DNA from: a virus
DNA: 64,000 nt
IMG/VR virus record: IMGVR_UViG_3300031539_000007
Location: 1-64,000 of that record
Reading direction: 5' to 3' (one strand)
Shown here: positions 20,005 to 30,228 of the stretch, piece by piece
Layout: each line of letters starts with the position of its first letter
Numbering within the stretch: the stretch's first letter is position 1
Notes under the pieces: model-generated
Seen by the model: the letters and a program-made list of their open reading frames with translations, nothing else
Told to the model about the DNA's origin: nothing
Databases searched by the model: none
Position numbers and translations under genes: made by a program

Positions 20005-20594
20005 TAGTCCTGTTCCTCTAACGGATCAACAAAGCTAGGCGCTCTAATCCAGAACCAGGTCGGGGTTCTCTCGTCGGTCAAGAACCATTTGTTAATACCG
20101 TGTTCACGAGTGTACGTATCAACAGCGGGGACAATTCCACCTCTCCGAAAACGGTAATAGTCATGCCCTGACACAACCCCGCCATACCTGACCTTCTTTG
20201 ACCACCAAATGATGTCGGTCATCACGAAATCGAAGGTGTGGTCTCCGTCTATGTACACAAAGTCCAGGGACTCATCAGGTATATCCATCACCGCCTCGAA
20301 GCTGGTCTCGCGAATGACGGTCGCGTTGTGCGGGGCTAGTCGTCTTTGAGTAGATTGATAACGTGATTCGCCTCTGAGTTTCCAGTACCACGGGTCTACA
20401 CATAATAGATGCAAGTCTGGAATAACCTTGAACATATACTCAGAGAAACGCCCACGGTCAACTCCGATCTCTGCGCCCTTAGTCAATCCGTACTCGCCAA
20501 AATATTGTACGAGTCGCTTACGTGTCAATGTGCGAATTCGCACTGGTGATATTTGTTGGGCCTGTTCGTACCACTTGTCCAGTAGTTCTTTCAC
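20004..20594 (-). CDS. Class I SAM-dependent methyltransferase (Methyltransf_24-like), probably a glycan O-methyltransferase
   Basis: GAEIGVDRG, CVDPW, DFVYIDGDH and GGVVSGHDY motifs. Confidence 0.9.
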   Translation of the reverse strand: MKELLDKWYEQAQQISPVRIRTLTRKRLVQYFGEYGLTKGAEIGVDRGRFSEYMFKVIPDLHLLCVDPWYWKLRGESRYQSTQRRLAPHNATVIRETSFEAVMDIPDESLDFVYIDGDHTFDFVMTDIIWWSKKVRYGGVVSGHDYYRFRRGGIVPAVDTYTREHGINKWFLTDERTPTWFWIRAPSFVDPLEEQD

Positions 20595-22207
20595 AGTAGT
20601 TCCTTGTATAGCGGGGCGACGTTATCAATGTGGTAGTCCTCCGCTCTGTCAATGAGTCTTTGCGCATCGAACCCGTCGCGGAGTCTCGCGATAACATCCA
20701 CAAGCTCTGCTATTGTTCTTGTGGGCCAATAGTAGCCATCAACTTCTTGGTAAGCTATTTCTGGATAGCCAACTGTTGGGATGCCGAATGACATTGCGTT
20801 GACGATCTTGAGCGGATTCTTTAGCGGCCTGTCCTGCATCCGCCATACAATCTGCACGTCAATGTCTTTATAGAACTCAACGATCTCATCTGGATTTCTA
20901 AAATGGCGCAACCATCTAAACTCGATACCCATATCCGCCAAAGCTTTCTCTAGCTCTTCGGCATCACACTGAATCGCCCCTTGCCCACCGACAACACCAG
21001 CAACCTTTATCTCGTCGCGTGTGCGGATAATGCGTTCAAAATTACAATGGTGCTGTGGTATAAAAACTACATCGTCTCTTCCAAGCTGCTGTTTCAGGTA
21101 TTCGTATCCTGTCTGGCTTGATGCAATCACGCCGCATTCTGGGTGCTCTTTAAGCCACGGTATTCTGCGTGGTTCATCTAGTACATCGAGATAGTGCTTC
21201 CCTGGCAGGGCGATGTCGTCAGGCTGTTGTTTAACCCAAATGTGTATATCGAAATCGTAGCCCCATCCAGTCTGTGGTTTTAGTCTCGCCATAAAGCGCT
21301 CTGCCATTTGCCTGCCGCGAATCTGTCCGCTTCCACCACGGCGACGATGAAACACAAAGCGCACCGCTTCTTCGCCCCACGTTGGCACAGGCCAGAATCT
21401 ATTGATTAACCAGCGGATGTCTCTGTCTTGTTTGCCCCACAGTTTGCCGTCCATCCAGCGGTTAGAGTATTCTGCGCCTTTGTCTAATACGGAGTGCGCG
21501 AGAGGCCACCCGCGCCCGTACTTGCGCCCCTTGTGAAGATGAGCATACCACGTGTTCTTGTTCCTGACAACGCGACCGCCAGACAGCCAGCACTTCAACC
21601 CTATTTCTTGGAACTCGAAGCAGAAGTGCCCGTAGTTCACATCGTCAAGCAACTCCAGTTCGTGGAAGTAGTCTCTGTGCATAAACCAGCACGAGCCTTG
21701 CGCGCTCATCAAATCGTCTATGAGTACATCTTTAAGTGTAGGGTCGTTCTGCTTCTCGCGCCATTCTCTACCGTGCAGGCTCGGCCCGCCGAAATCGTTC
21801 TTGTCTGACGGGGAACACAGGAACATATACTCGATGGGCTTCTTTTGTTTTGGTTGCCAGTTTTCTGCGTCCAGGCTGTAGCGCGTTGGGACAGCAACCC
21901 AGTTCGATTCCAGGTCTGCGATTAGCTTTACGTCGAATCCTTCATCGAACATACAATGTGCATCGCACTTCATTATATACTTTCCTCTGGAAATTGCAAC
22001 TCCGGCGTTAATTGCGCCGCGCATTCCTCGCGGTGTCGTGAAGTGTATATAATGTACGCGCTTGTCTTCAATAATCTCGTCGGGCCAGTACCCTTCAAGA
22101 ACCACAACGACCTCGATGTCACCCCCCGCCTTGGCGAGAATGTCTTTAACCGTGGGGTTAAGGAATTGCTCGTTTCTGGCTGGGATGACTACGCTTGTAA
22201 CTGTCAT
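20591..22207 (-). CDS. Two-domain glycosyltransferase: ppGalNAc-T (GT27)-like N-terminal domain plus a GT-B (GT4-like) domain
   Basis: IPARNE, KCDAHC and [14 protein letters not shown]...WYAHLHK; C-terminal [17 protein letters not shown]. Confidence 0.85.
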   Translation of the reverse strand: MTVTSVVIPARNEQFLNPTVKDILAKAGGDIEVVVVLEGYWPDEIIEDKRVHYIHFTTPRGMRGAINAGVAISRGKYIMKCDAHCMFDEGFDVKLIADLESNWVAVPTRYSLDAENWQPKQKKPIEYMFLCSPSDKNDFGGPSLHGREWREKQNDPTLKDVLIDDLMSAQGSCWFMHRDYFHELELLDDVNYGHFCFEFQEIGLKCWLSGGRVVRNKNTWYAHLHKGRKYGRGWPLAHSVLDKGAEYSNRWMDGKLWGKQDRDIRWLINRFWPVPTWGEEAVRFVFHRRRGGSGQIRGRQMAERFMARLKPQTGWGYDFDIHIWVKQQPDDIALPGKHYLDVLDEPRRIPWLKEHPECGVIASSQTGYEYLKQQLGRDDVVFIPQHHCNFERIIRTRDEIKVAGVVGGQGAIQCDAEELEKALADMGIEFRWLRHFRNPDEIVEFYKDIDVQIVWRMQDRPLKNPLKIVNAMSFGIPTVGYPEIAYQEVDGYYWPTRTIAELVDVIARLRDGFDAQRLIDRAEDYHIDNVAPLYKELL

Positions 22208-25200
22208 GACGGATCGCTCCTTTCTATTGGTGCTACTCTTGTCTCTATAGCTATTGTGTATACCCTAGATTCGGAATCTATTGGTGCTACTCTTGTCTCC
22301 GCCGGTACTGAGTAAGTCCGTTCCTCTGTTGGCTCCGTTGGCACGGACGGGCTTGGAGATGCCGAAGAAGACGCAGACCCACTGGCGCTCGCGGACGCCG
22401 ACTCTGACGGGCTTGGACTGCGGCTTGGCGAAGATGACGGGCTTCTGCTAGGACTTGACGATGCGCTTGATGACGCGCTGGCACTTGGGCTTAACGAAAG
22501 GCTCTCGGAGGCCGACTCACTGGCGCTCGCGCTTGACGATGGCGATGGCGATGCTGACGCAGAAGCCGACTCAGAGCCGGAGGCCGACGCCGACTCAGAC
22601 GCCGACTTTGACGCGCTGGCACTTGCGCTTTCTGAAAATCCGGCGCTTGGCGACGGGCTGGCTGATGCGCTGGCGCTCCCTGACGCACTGGCAGACTGGC
22701 TCTCTGATGCCGAAGGGGAAAGCGACGCAGACGGCGACAGTGACGCGCTGGCACTGGAGGATGGCGAAGTGCTCGCGGATTCACTCGCGCTGGCCGACGC
22801 GCTCCTGCTGGCGCTACTTGACGCGCTCTCCGACACCGACGCGGACGACGACGGGGATGGGCTGGCCGATGCGCTGGCGCTCTCAGAAGAACTGGCAGAA
22901 CTTGATTTTGAGGCCGATGCACTGGCAGATATAGACGCCGATGCCGACGCTGACTCAGAAATAGACTCGCTGGCGCTAGAGCTTGCTGAGGGGCTTTGGC
23001 TGGCGGATGTGCTTGCTGATTCCGAAGAAGACTCCGAAGCTGATGTGGATGCGCTCGCGCTGGCGCTTCCCGAAACCCCCGCGCTTGGCGAGGGTGATGC
23101 GGACGCGCTAACTGATTCACTGGCGCTGGCCGACTGACTCTCAGACGCCGATGGCGAAATAGACGCTGACGGAGAAATGCTTGCCGACGTGCTCGCCGAC
23201 TCTGACACACTCTCCGAGGCGCTGGCGCTGGTTGAGGCGCTGGCTGACGGGGATAGCGATGCGCTTCCGCTGGCGCTCGCGCTTATAGATTCAGAAGATG
23301 ATGGCGATTGGCTGGCAGACTCGCTCGCCGATGCCGAAGCACTGGCCGAAGCTGACTCACTCGCTGATTTCGATGCTGACTCTGATACAGACTCGCTGGC
23401 ACTAGCGCTAGAAGAAGGACTCTGGCTGGCTGATTCTGATACGGACTCTGACGCCGACGCTGAAGCGCTGGTCGAGGCGCTGACTGACGCCGACTCCGAA
23501 AAGCCGACGCTCGGAGATGGCGAAGCACTGGCTGAAACAGATTCGCTGGCCGATGCACTCGCGCTCTCTGAGGCTGACGGACTCTGGCTGGCCGATCCAC
23601 TAACGCTGGCGCTCGCTGACTCCGATGCACTAAAACTTGCCGACGTGCTTGCGGATGGCGATTGGCTTGCACTCTCGCTCGCGCTGGCGCTGACACTCTC
23701 TGATGCCGATGGCGATGGTGATGCAGAGGCGCTTGCCGATTCGCTCGCTGATTCCGACCCCGACACGCTGGCGCTCGTTGACGCTGACGGAGATTGTGAG
23801 GCGGATACGCTCTCGCTAGATGATGGGCTTTGACTAGCGCTCTCTGATGCCGACGCGCTAACAGATTCGGACACTGATTCGCTACCGCTGGCACTCGCCG
23901 ATGGCGACAAACTTGCCGAGGGGCTGGCTGATTCGCTGGCACTTTTCGACGCCGATGGCGATAACGACGCACTTGCCGAGGCAGACGCACTAATGCTCTC
24001 CGAAGCGGAGGGCGACGGGGACGCTGATGCGCTGGCGCTTTCTGATACGCTCGCGCTTGACGACGGACTTATGCTCGCGCTTTTTGAGGCTGACCCACTA
24101 GCACTCTCGCTGGCCGATGAAGACACGCTCTCACTGGCTGACGGCGACAGGCTTGCAGACTCGCTGGCACTGGCGCTGGCGCTCTGAGATGCGGATGCGC
24201 TGGCGCTTTTCGATGCGCTGGAGCTCGCCGATCCCGAAGCACTCTCTGAAACTGAGGGGCTGGCCGAGGCTGAGGTTGATGGGCTTAAACTTTGACTTGG
24301 CGATAAACTGGCTGATGGCGAGAGTGAGGGAGAACTGCTCGCCGACGCCGAAATTGATTCAGACGCCGAACTACTCGCTGACCCTGAGACGCTTCCACTG
24401 GCCGATGGCGAGAGCGAGGGCGAGCCGCTTGCCGATGGAGACGGGGAAGCCGAGCCGCTTACTGAGGCGGAGAGCGATTCGCTGGCACTGCTGCTGGCTG
24501 ATGGCGAGAGTGACGCCGACGCACTCCCAATAGTGCGGACTTCTACATCATTGACGTACTGCACTTCGCCAGCGGATGGCGATGGGGAAGCCGAACTACT
24601 CGCTGAAGCCGATACGGACTCGGAAGCCGAGCTGCTGGAACTGGGCGACAAACTCGCCGATGGCGAAAGTGAGGCTGACCCGCTGGCGCTGGGGCTTAAA
24701 CTGGCCGATGGCGAAAGTGAAGACGATTCGCTGGAACTGGGTGACAAACTGGCCGATGGCGAAAGTGAAGGAGACCCGCTGGAACTGGGAGAAAGTGAAG
24801 ACGATTCGCTGGCGCTGGGGCTTAAACTTAACGATTCTGAGGCTGACCCGCTGATGGATGGGGACAATGAGGCCGAACTGCTGGCTGAGGCTGAGGCTGA
24901 CTCCGATGTGGACGCGCTGGCGCTGGGTGATAAGCTTGCCGAACTACTTGCTGAAGCTGATGCCGACTCAGACGCACTGCCGCTGACGCCCTCCGCAAAC
25001 GTAATCGTATTGGCGAACTCTACCCACGGGTTATAAGCAGCAGTATCAGTATTGTTTTCGCCAAGATCGGTTCCAGAGTCGTCACCGATGCCAATCGCTC
25101 CCCGGTGGCGCTGTGAGGACGGGCTGGGATCGCCACCATACCCGATCTCAATTACAATCCTATCGTTCGCATTGGCTTCAACAGAGGATGTGGTAACTGA

Positions 25201-25602
25201 AAACTGTCTGTTGGTCAGCGTACCTACAGTAAGTGCTGCGTCATCCCTGGCTACGGCTAGAACCACCCCCGTAACGCTAGTCCCATCATTTGAAACAACC
25301 CGCACGCCAATTGTAGAGAACAGATTTGCGCCCGTGGCGTATTCGTACATGCGCATCTGGAACTTGAGCGTCTGCGCACTAAGCGTCTGTGCCGTGATTG
25401 GGTCAGATACATACTGTGCAAAACAGATGTCTTGATCTGCGGAACTTCCATCACTGCTGTTGGTGATTTGCGTCGTCGCAGACGCTATCTTGGCGATTAC
25501 TGCCTGGTAGCGTACTAGCGCATAGGAAGCTTCCCAGTCGCCAGATACGGCAGGACTAATCGCCGCCGCGCCAGAGGATGGAAGATAAAAACGAGTCGCC
25601 AT
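22204..25602 (-). CDS. Serine-rich repeat virion protein (1132 aa)
   Basis: Likely start MATRFYLP at 25602 (TAATG overlap with the upstream stop); about 200 aa globular N-domain, then roughly 880 aa of S-X alternation, then a short C-tail with ETRVAPI twice. Confidence 0.88.
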   Translation of the reverse strand: MATRFYLPSSGAAAISPAVSGDWEASYALVRYQAVIAKIASATTQITNSSDGSSADQDICFAQYVSDPITAQTLSAQTLKFQMRMYEYATGANLFSTIGVRVVSNDGTSVTGVVLAVARDDAALTVGTLTNRQFSVTTSSVEANANDRIVIEIGYGGDPSPSSQRHRGAIGIGDDSGTDLGENNTDTAAYNPWVEFANTITFAEGVSGSASESASASASSSASLSPSASASTSESASASASSSASLSPSISGSASESLSLSPSASESSSLSPSSSGSPSLSPSASLSPSSSESSSLSPSASLSPSASGSASLSPSASLSPSSSSSASESVSASASSSASPSPSAGEVQYVNDVEVRTIGSASASLSPSASSSASESLSASVSGSASPSPSASGSPSLSPSASGSVSGSASSSASESISASASSSPSLSPSASLSPSQSLSPSTSASASPSVSESASGSASSSASKSASASASQSASASASESASLSPSASESVSSSASESASGSASKSASISPSSSASVSESASASASPSPSASESISASASASASLSPSASKSASESASPSASLSPSASASGSESVSESVSASASESASQSPSSSESVSASQSPSASTSASVSGSESASESASASASPSPSASESVSASASESASQSPSASTSASFSASESASASVSGSASQSPSASESASASASESVSASASPSPSVGFSESASVSASTSASASASESVSESASQSPSSSASASESVSESASKSASESASASASASASESASQSPSSSESISASASGSASLSPSASASTSASASESVSESASTSASISPSASISPSASESQSASASESVSASASPSPSAGVSGSASASASTSASESSSESASTSASQSPSASSSASESISESASASASISASASASKSSSASSSESASASASPSPSSSASVSESASSSASRSASASASESASTSPSSSASASLSPSASLSPSASESQSASASGSASASASPSPSAGFSESASASASKSASESASASGSESASASASPSPSSSASASESASESLSLSPSASASSSASSSPSRSPSSSPSRSPSPSESASASASGSASSSASPSPSVPTEPTEERTYSVPAETRVAPIDSESRVYTIAIETRVAPIERSDPS
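22223..22299. repeat. 23-bp direct repeat (TCTATTGGTGCTACTCTTGTCTC x2, 54-bp period) encoding ETRVAPI
   Basis: Copies at 22223-22245 and 22277-22299. Confidence 0.9.
22350..24985 (-). repeat. Low-complexity (Ser-X)n coding repeat
   Basis: [11 protein letters not shown]-type alternation; GCCGATGGCGAAAGTGA recurs at 24656, 24704 and 24752 (48-bp period). Confidence 0.95.
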
Positions 25603-27224
25603 TACAATGTGCTGGTGATTCTTATCTGAGCATAGCCAGCCGATACAAAGCTGCCAATGTAGTTTCCCCACTCCGCGACAGAGCAAGCCCCTGGCGTTGC
25701 GCCGGTGCGATAATCCAGATCAATCGTATCGCCAGCAACATAGACGTTGTATGTTATCTCAATGTTTACCGCTCCGGTTTCCACGATCTCTGAAATCATG
25801 TACTCGCTGGTTTCTAGCGCAACTCGTTCTATGTCTACCTCGCCGGGGTTTTCAATTGTCCCGGTGCCAATCCAATTCCCGCTAAAATCTCTAACGTTGG
25901 CCTCGGCGACATCTGTGTCATGGCCCCAAACGACATCGGTTGAGACTGCCGCCGACGGAGAAGCGGAGGGACTGGCGCTGGCGCTGGACGAAGGGGAAAG
26001 CGAGCTTGAACTGCTGGCTGATTCCGAAGCTGATCTGCTGGCGCTTGGGGATAATGAGGCACTGCCAGAAGCGCTCGCGCTCGCGCTCCCCGATGCTGAT
26101 GGCGATAGGCTTGCCGACCCCGAAGCTGATTGGCTGGCACTTTCCGATGCCGACGCCGACGCGCTCTCCGAGGTTGATGGAGATTGCGAGGCGCTGACGC
26201 TCTCTGACGCAGATGGCGACTGTGACGCGCTCTCGGAAATACTCTCGGATGCAGACTCGCTAATTGACTCTGATGCGCTTGAAGACGCGGATGGCGATAG
26301 GCTCCCACTGGCGCTGGCAGACTCCGATGCTGACCCGCTCGCGCTTGGTGATAACGATGCTGATTCAGAAGCGGATTGGCTGGCGCTCGCGGAGGCTGAG
26401 GGCGACTGTGATGCACTTCCTGAAGCAGACTTGCTCGCAGAACTAGACGCGCTAGGGCTTGGTGACGCAGAAGATGAAGCTGATGGAGAAAGCGACACTG
26501 ACTCGCTTGCGCTTGGGCTTGAACTCCCCGACGCGCTGGATGAACCAGCCGCGCCAGCCAGCCAAAACCCCGTCGCTGGAACTGGATACCATACCTTCGG
26601 CGGATGATCTGCCCACGTCGGTGTGTTGTAGGCCGTCATCGTGTACCCACCGAACAAATCCTGGTCAGTGCGTAGTAAGGGCAAGTAAAAAACGAGAGCA
26701 TCAGGTCTAATTTGCCATGGGGGGATACCTGTGGCTAACATTGCTACTTGTGCGTCACTCAGCGCAATATCCCAGATTGCGGCTTCTGCGATTCTCCCGG
26801 ACATGTATCCTTCGGGGGCTGTCCCACCAACACGTCCGATTTGTAGCTGTGAGATACCTGTCGGGGCAGAATTAGACGAATCGGTGCCTTTATATCCACC
26901 GTTTTTGTAGACAGCACGGCTGTCTTCAGCCGCCCATACACCGCAGGCATGATGCCATGCATCTGTCCCAAACGTTTCGGGATAGGTTGTAGCGCGGGGG
27001 TAACCAGTCGCATACGTTACTGCTTCGATGCAGCCGTCTTCGTCGCCAGCCAGCGCCAGACGGAATGAATTGGCGCTTGTTGCAGGGTTGTCTAATGTCA
27101 TCAGTGCTTGATACGAGTCTGCGCTATCCGAGTGATACCAGCATGCCATAGTGAGCGGTACAGCTATGACTGGAGCAGAACCAGATAAATATTGGCTACT
27201 GGCATTATCAAACAGCCTTGCCAT
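25602..27224 (-). CDS. LamG / ConA-like lectin domain plus Ser-rich repeat protein (540 aa)
   Basis: TMACW, WHHACGV and [21 protein letters not shown] are LamG-like motifs; about 200 aa S-X tract; about 115 aa C-domain. Confidence 0.85.
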   Translation of the reverse strand: MARLFDNASSQYLSGSAPVIAVPLTMACWYHSDSADSYQALMTLDNPATSANSFRLALAGDEDGCIEAVTYATGYPRATTYPETFGTDAWHHACGVWAAEDSRAVYKNGGYKGTDSSNSAPTGISQLQIGRVGGTAPEGYMSGRIAEAAIWDIALSDAQVAMLATGIPPWQIRPDALVFYLPLLRTDQDLFGGYTMTAYNTPTWADHPPKVWYPVPATGFWLAGAAGSSSASGSSSPSASESVSLSPSASSSASPSPSASSSASKSASGSASQSPSASASASQSASESASLSPSASGSASESASASGSLSPSASSSASESISESASESISESASQSPSASESVSASQSPSTSESASASASESASQSASGSASLSPSASGSASASASGSASLSPSASRSASESASSSSSLSPSSSASASPSASPSAAVSTDVVWGHDTDVAEANVRDFSGNWIGTGTIENPGEVDIERVALETSEYMISEIVETGAVNIEITYNVYVAGDTIDLDYRTGATPGACSVAEWGNYIGSFVSAGYAQIRITSTL

Positions 27225-27227
27225 AGT

Positions 27228-27734
27228 TTACGTTTCCACTCCGCCGATGGCCCATAGCTCTGCGTCGCCGGCCATCGTGTCGTTTGCGTGCGCAGCATTG
27301 CGCATCACGCGCACGATTGCAAGTTCGCCGTCTGCCCAAGAGTCCATATCCGCGCCATCAGTGAATGCAATTGTTGGATAACTCAGTTCCCCGCTGGCAC
27401 TGGCCGCCGTGTCGTCAACTTCGTTAAATACGTAGGTATGTGCGGCGTCGATGTCCTCAGCGTCATCGTTCATTCGCCTGATAGCAATCCCCCATCTGGC
27501 AACGTCTGCGGTGGCGCTTGACGCAGACCACGGCAGTGTAAATGTCAACCCGCCGCTATCGTAGCCGCGCAACTGGCATAGGTAATCCATATACTCAATA
27601 GTCGCAGCATCAAAATCGTGGACGATGACATTCTCGGCGGGTGTGCTTCCGCCTGGCCGCGCGTCCAGCGTTGCCGCTAACGTGCCCGGCGGCATCACTC
27701 TTAAAACTTGGACAACAGGATCGCCACTTGCCAT
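27228..27734 (-). CDS. Putative virion structural protein
   Basis: 168 aa beta-rich protein in the head accessory cluster, translationally coupled. Confidence 0.6.
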   Translation of the reverse strand: MASGDPVVQVLRVMPPGTLAATLDARPGGSTPAENVIVHDFDAATIEYMDYLCQLRGYDSGGLTFTLPWSASSATADVARWGIAIRRMNDDAEDIDAAHTYVFNEVDDTAASASGELSYPTIAFTDGADMDSWADGELAIVRVMRNAAHANDTMAGDAELWAIGGVET

Positions 27735-27994
27735 TACAGCACCTCCCTGCGTTTTTCAGCAACTTCTTCGAGAATGAACCGTGCCAGTGTTTGATTGACA
27801 ATTAGCCATGCCCGCGCTTCGGTAGAGACATTTGCCAGTATCGCGCTCTCTGCTGTTTCCACACCTGCGTCAAACACATCTATTCCTGTCCGTAGTTGCG
27901 TTTTGGATAGATCAATTTGAAACCACGACGCGCTGAAAAGCCGTTGTAGCTCTGCGCTCAATTCGTCCTTTTGTTCAGTTGTTAGTTGTGCCAT
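27734..27994 (-). CDS. Hypothetical protein
   Basis: 86 aa, GGAG RBS, coupled to the next gene. Confidence 0.65.
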   Translation of the reverse strand: MAQLTTEQKDELSAELQRLFSASWFQIDLSKTQLRTGIDVFDAGVETAESAILANVSTEARAWLIVNQTLARFILEEVAEKRREVL

Positions 27995-28009
27995 TATTCA
28001 TCTCCATTT

Positions 28010-28366
28010 CTATGCCTTCATGGTAATAGTGAGCACTCTCGCAGCGGCTTGTGCTGCGTCAACCGCGCCACTCTCGCTCCATATCTTCACAAAACGTGCG
28101 CCTGCGACCCCGGCTGGAGCGGCGATAGACTCGCTCGCTATCGGGGTGCCGATTTCTACTAGCACTGCTTCTGAATCATACAGCGGCGTGAACGTTCCGG
28201 CCAGAGTTGTGCTTACATAAAACCCGATGTCAGCCGCAGTCCATACCGCCGGTAGCGTAATCACCATCTCCGAGTAAAACGAGAAATCAAACGCGCCTGA
28301 TAACGCAGCGTCTTTCGCAATCGTCGCGGTAATCACGTCCGAGCGTCTAAACATTCTGTTACTCAT
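28010..28366 (-). CDS. Putative virion accessory protein, tandem paralog A
   Basis: 118 aa; 82 of 118 residues identical to 28379-28735 by manual alignment. Confidence 0.75.
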   Translation of the reverse strand: MSNRMFRRSDVITATIAKDAALSGAFDFSFYSEMVITLPAVWTAADIGFYVSTTLAGTFTPLYDSEAVLVEIGTPIASESIAAPAGVAGARFVKIWSESGAVDAAQAAARVLTITMKA

Positions 28367-28378
28367 ATTCCACCTCGC

Positions 28379-28735
28379 CTATGCCTTTACAGTAACTATC
28401 AACGTCCTCTCCGCGAGTTGGTTTACACCAGACGCGGCGCTCTCACTCCACAGCTTCACGAAGCGCGACCCCGCTACCCCCGCTGGCGCTGCGAAGGACG
28501 CGCTGATTGCCGGGCCGTCTATCTCTAGCAGTGCAGCAGCGGCGTCGTACAATGGGGTGAATGTTCCGCCAGAGGTCGTGCTTACGTGGAAGCCAACGTC
28601 GGCGGCAGTCCACTCTGCGGGGAACGTTACTATCATCGTTGAGTAAAACGAGAAATCGAATGCGTCAGACAATGCTGCCCCATTCGCAATCGTTGCTGTA
28701 ATTACGTCCGACCGCCTGAACATTCTACCGCTCAT
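28379..28735 (-). CDS. Putative virion accessory protein, tandem paralog B
   Basis: 118 aa; paralog of 28010-28366. Confidence 0.75.
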   Translation of the reverse strand: MSGRMFRRSDVITATIANGAALSDAFDFSFYSTMIVTFPAEWTAADVGFHVSTTSGGTFTPLYDAAAALLEIDGPAISASFAAPAGVAGSRFVKLWSESAASGVNQLAERTLIVTVKA

Positions 28736-29231
28736 TTTTCACCTCGCGTGTTAATATGAAATCATCGAAACCAACTGGGTCAAATTTTGGCATTTCCCCT
28801 CTCCCGTTCATAACTTGCTTGATGAGCACGCGGATGCCTGCCAGTAGATATTCTATGTATTGCTGTAGCTTGCGTGCAGTATTGGCGCGTTCTACATCTC
28901 GGAGTTCAAGTTCTGTGATGCGGGTTTCTTGAATATCCAGTCGCCTTTTCTGTGCGATGAGGCTATATTCCTGCGCCTCAATTCGTTTCTCTTGGACGGT
29001 TATCAAGGCGCACTGTTTGTCGATCATGGCGTCCTGTTTCTCGATGCGCGACCCTTGCTTTTCAAGCCACCTATTGGCGCGCTCGTCGAGCATCGCGCCC
29101 ATGTCAGACTCGATCTTTCTTGCCTCGGCTTGCTCTTTGAGCAGCGAGGATTTGTCGCGCCGCCATTGCCGGTAAACACCAAGCAGGGAGACAACAATCG
29201 CTGCCCACGGAAGAATTTCAGCGAACTGCAT
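28725..29231 (-). CDS. Membrane-anchored coiled-coil protein (possible lysis accessory)
   Basis: N-terminal hydrophobic helix then a long heptad-rich region. Confidence 0.6.
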   Translation of the reverse strand: MQFAEILPWAAIVVSLLGVYRQWRRDKSSLLKEQAEARKIESDMGAMLDERANRWLEKQGSRIEKQDAMIDKQCALITVQEKRIEAQEYSLIAQKRRLDIQETRITELELRDVERANTARKLQQYIEYLLAGIRVLIKQVMNGRGEMPKFDPVGFDDFILTREVKNER

Positions 29232-29493
29232 TTTTCACCGCCGTTTTGTAGATCGCAATGCTCAATAGCACTAACAGATTAAGAACGCCCAGCCAAGCAT
29301 TAAAGTGGTTCAGTTCCGCATTACTGAGATTACCAAAGTAACAGTACCCATAGAAAACCAGCACCAAAATTGCGTATGCAATCGGCCCGTAGGTCAGATA
29401 TACCCAGCTACGGCTTGTCCGTGCTAGTATGTAGTAGGCCACGATGACCGCCACGGATAATATGATTCGTGCATAGCGCGTAATCTCTATCAT
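29218..29493 (-). CDS. Small 3-TM membrane protein
   Basis: 91 aa, three hydrophobic segments. Confidence 0.6.
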   Translation of the reverse strand: MIEITRYARIILSVAVIVAYYILARTSRSWVYLTYGPIAYAILVLVFYGYCYFGNLSNAELNHFNAWLGVLNLLVLLSIAIYKTAVKNAVR

Positions 29494-30194
29494 TGTTTAA
29501 CTTGCCACTCGCTTACTTTCATAAAGTCCTCAGTCGTTACCATTGCGGTTTTCAAGTGCCCGATGTGTAACGCCAAATCAATTGCTGGCCGATACCCGCA
29601 GTCTTGTGCCAGCTTGCAGAAGTACGTGTCCTCGCCTAGCTCTTCCCCGTGTCCACCAAACAAGTCGTCTTGCTTGGCAAACATTGTTTCCAGTACGTCC
29701 CTACGAATCAGAGTGCAGCCAAACCCAATCACGTCGAAGTCCACTACCGTATTGCCTAGTAGGTCGTAGCAGACAGGACTATTAACAACGGGGGCATTGT
29801 GCTCGACAAGCCAATCGCGCACGAATTGTGATTTGGAGTAGGTCTGCGTGCGCTCCACGTCATTCCACGCAAAGGCTACGGCTTCAGGGGCTTCGCGGCG
29901 CTTGAAGTACAACGCCCCGACGATGGGCAACTCATGTTTGAGTAGCCGCCATACGGTTTCTTGATGCAGCACGTTGTCAGAATCTACGAACAGTAAGTGG
30001 GTTGCGTCAGACTCCACAAAGTGTTTGGCAATCCCCTGGCGTCCCTGACGCACGTAGGTTGGCGTGTCGTAAGTCTCGGCTATCTTGATCCCGCGTGCCG
30101 CCAGCACGATCTGTGATTCCTTCACGGAGTCGGTGTGTTGCCAGAAGGCGAAACGCTCGCGGCAGGTTGCGTACATCACTTTCAATTGTCCCAT
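29490..30194 (-). CDS. GT-A glycosyltransferase (family 2-like)
   Basis: Start at ATG 30194 after AAGGAG; ATHLLFVDSD, IGFGCTLIRRDVLE, GEDTYFC and IGH motifs. Confidence 0.85.
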   Translation of the reverse strand: MGQLKVMYATCRERFAFWQHTDSVKESQIVLAARGIKIAETYDTPTYVRQGRQGIAKHFVESDATHLLFVDSDNVLHQETVWRLLKHELPIVGALYFKRREAPEAVAFAWNDVERTQTYSKSQFVRDWLVEHNAPVVNSPVCYDLLGNTVVDFDVIGFGCTLIRRDVLETMFAKQDDLFGGHGEELGEDTYFCKLAQDCGYRPAIDLALHIGHLKTAMVTTEDFMKVSEWQVKQ

Positions 30195-30228
30195 TAGCAG
30201 CTCCTTTTCTAAAGGGTTGATTGTGTTT

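Noticed and set aside
22350-24985. Possible CRISPR array in the repetitive region
   Set aside because: Repeats are degenerate, in frame and protein-coding, with no constant repeat plus unique spacers
25603-25686. 28-aa N-terminal extension of the large Ser-rich ORF in the track
   Set aside because: Overlaps the upstream gene; the TAATG coupling at 25602 is the better start
22455-26710. Many plus-strand and alternate-frame ORFs (ADSLALAD..., RRHRQ...) over the Ser-rich genes
   Set aside because: Shadows of the low-complexity Ser/Ala codons; no RBS and no independent signal
11542-30194. Glycosyltransferases as a DNA hypermodification system
   Set aside because: No hydroxymethylase or modified-base pathway in the window; the genes sit in the late virion operon beside Ser-rich proteins. 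Not fully excluded, since the genome is incomplete
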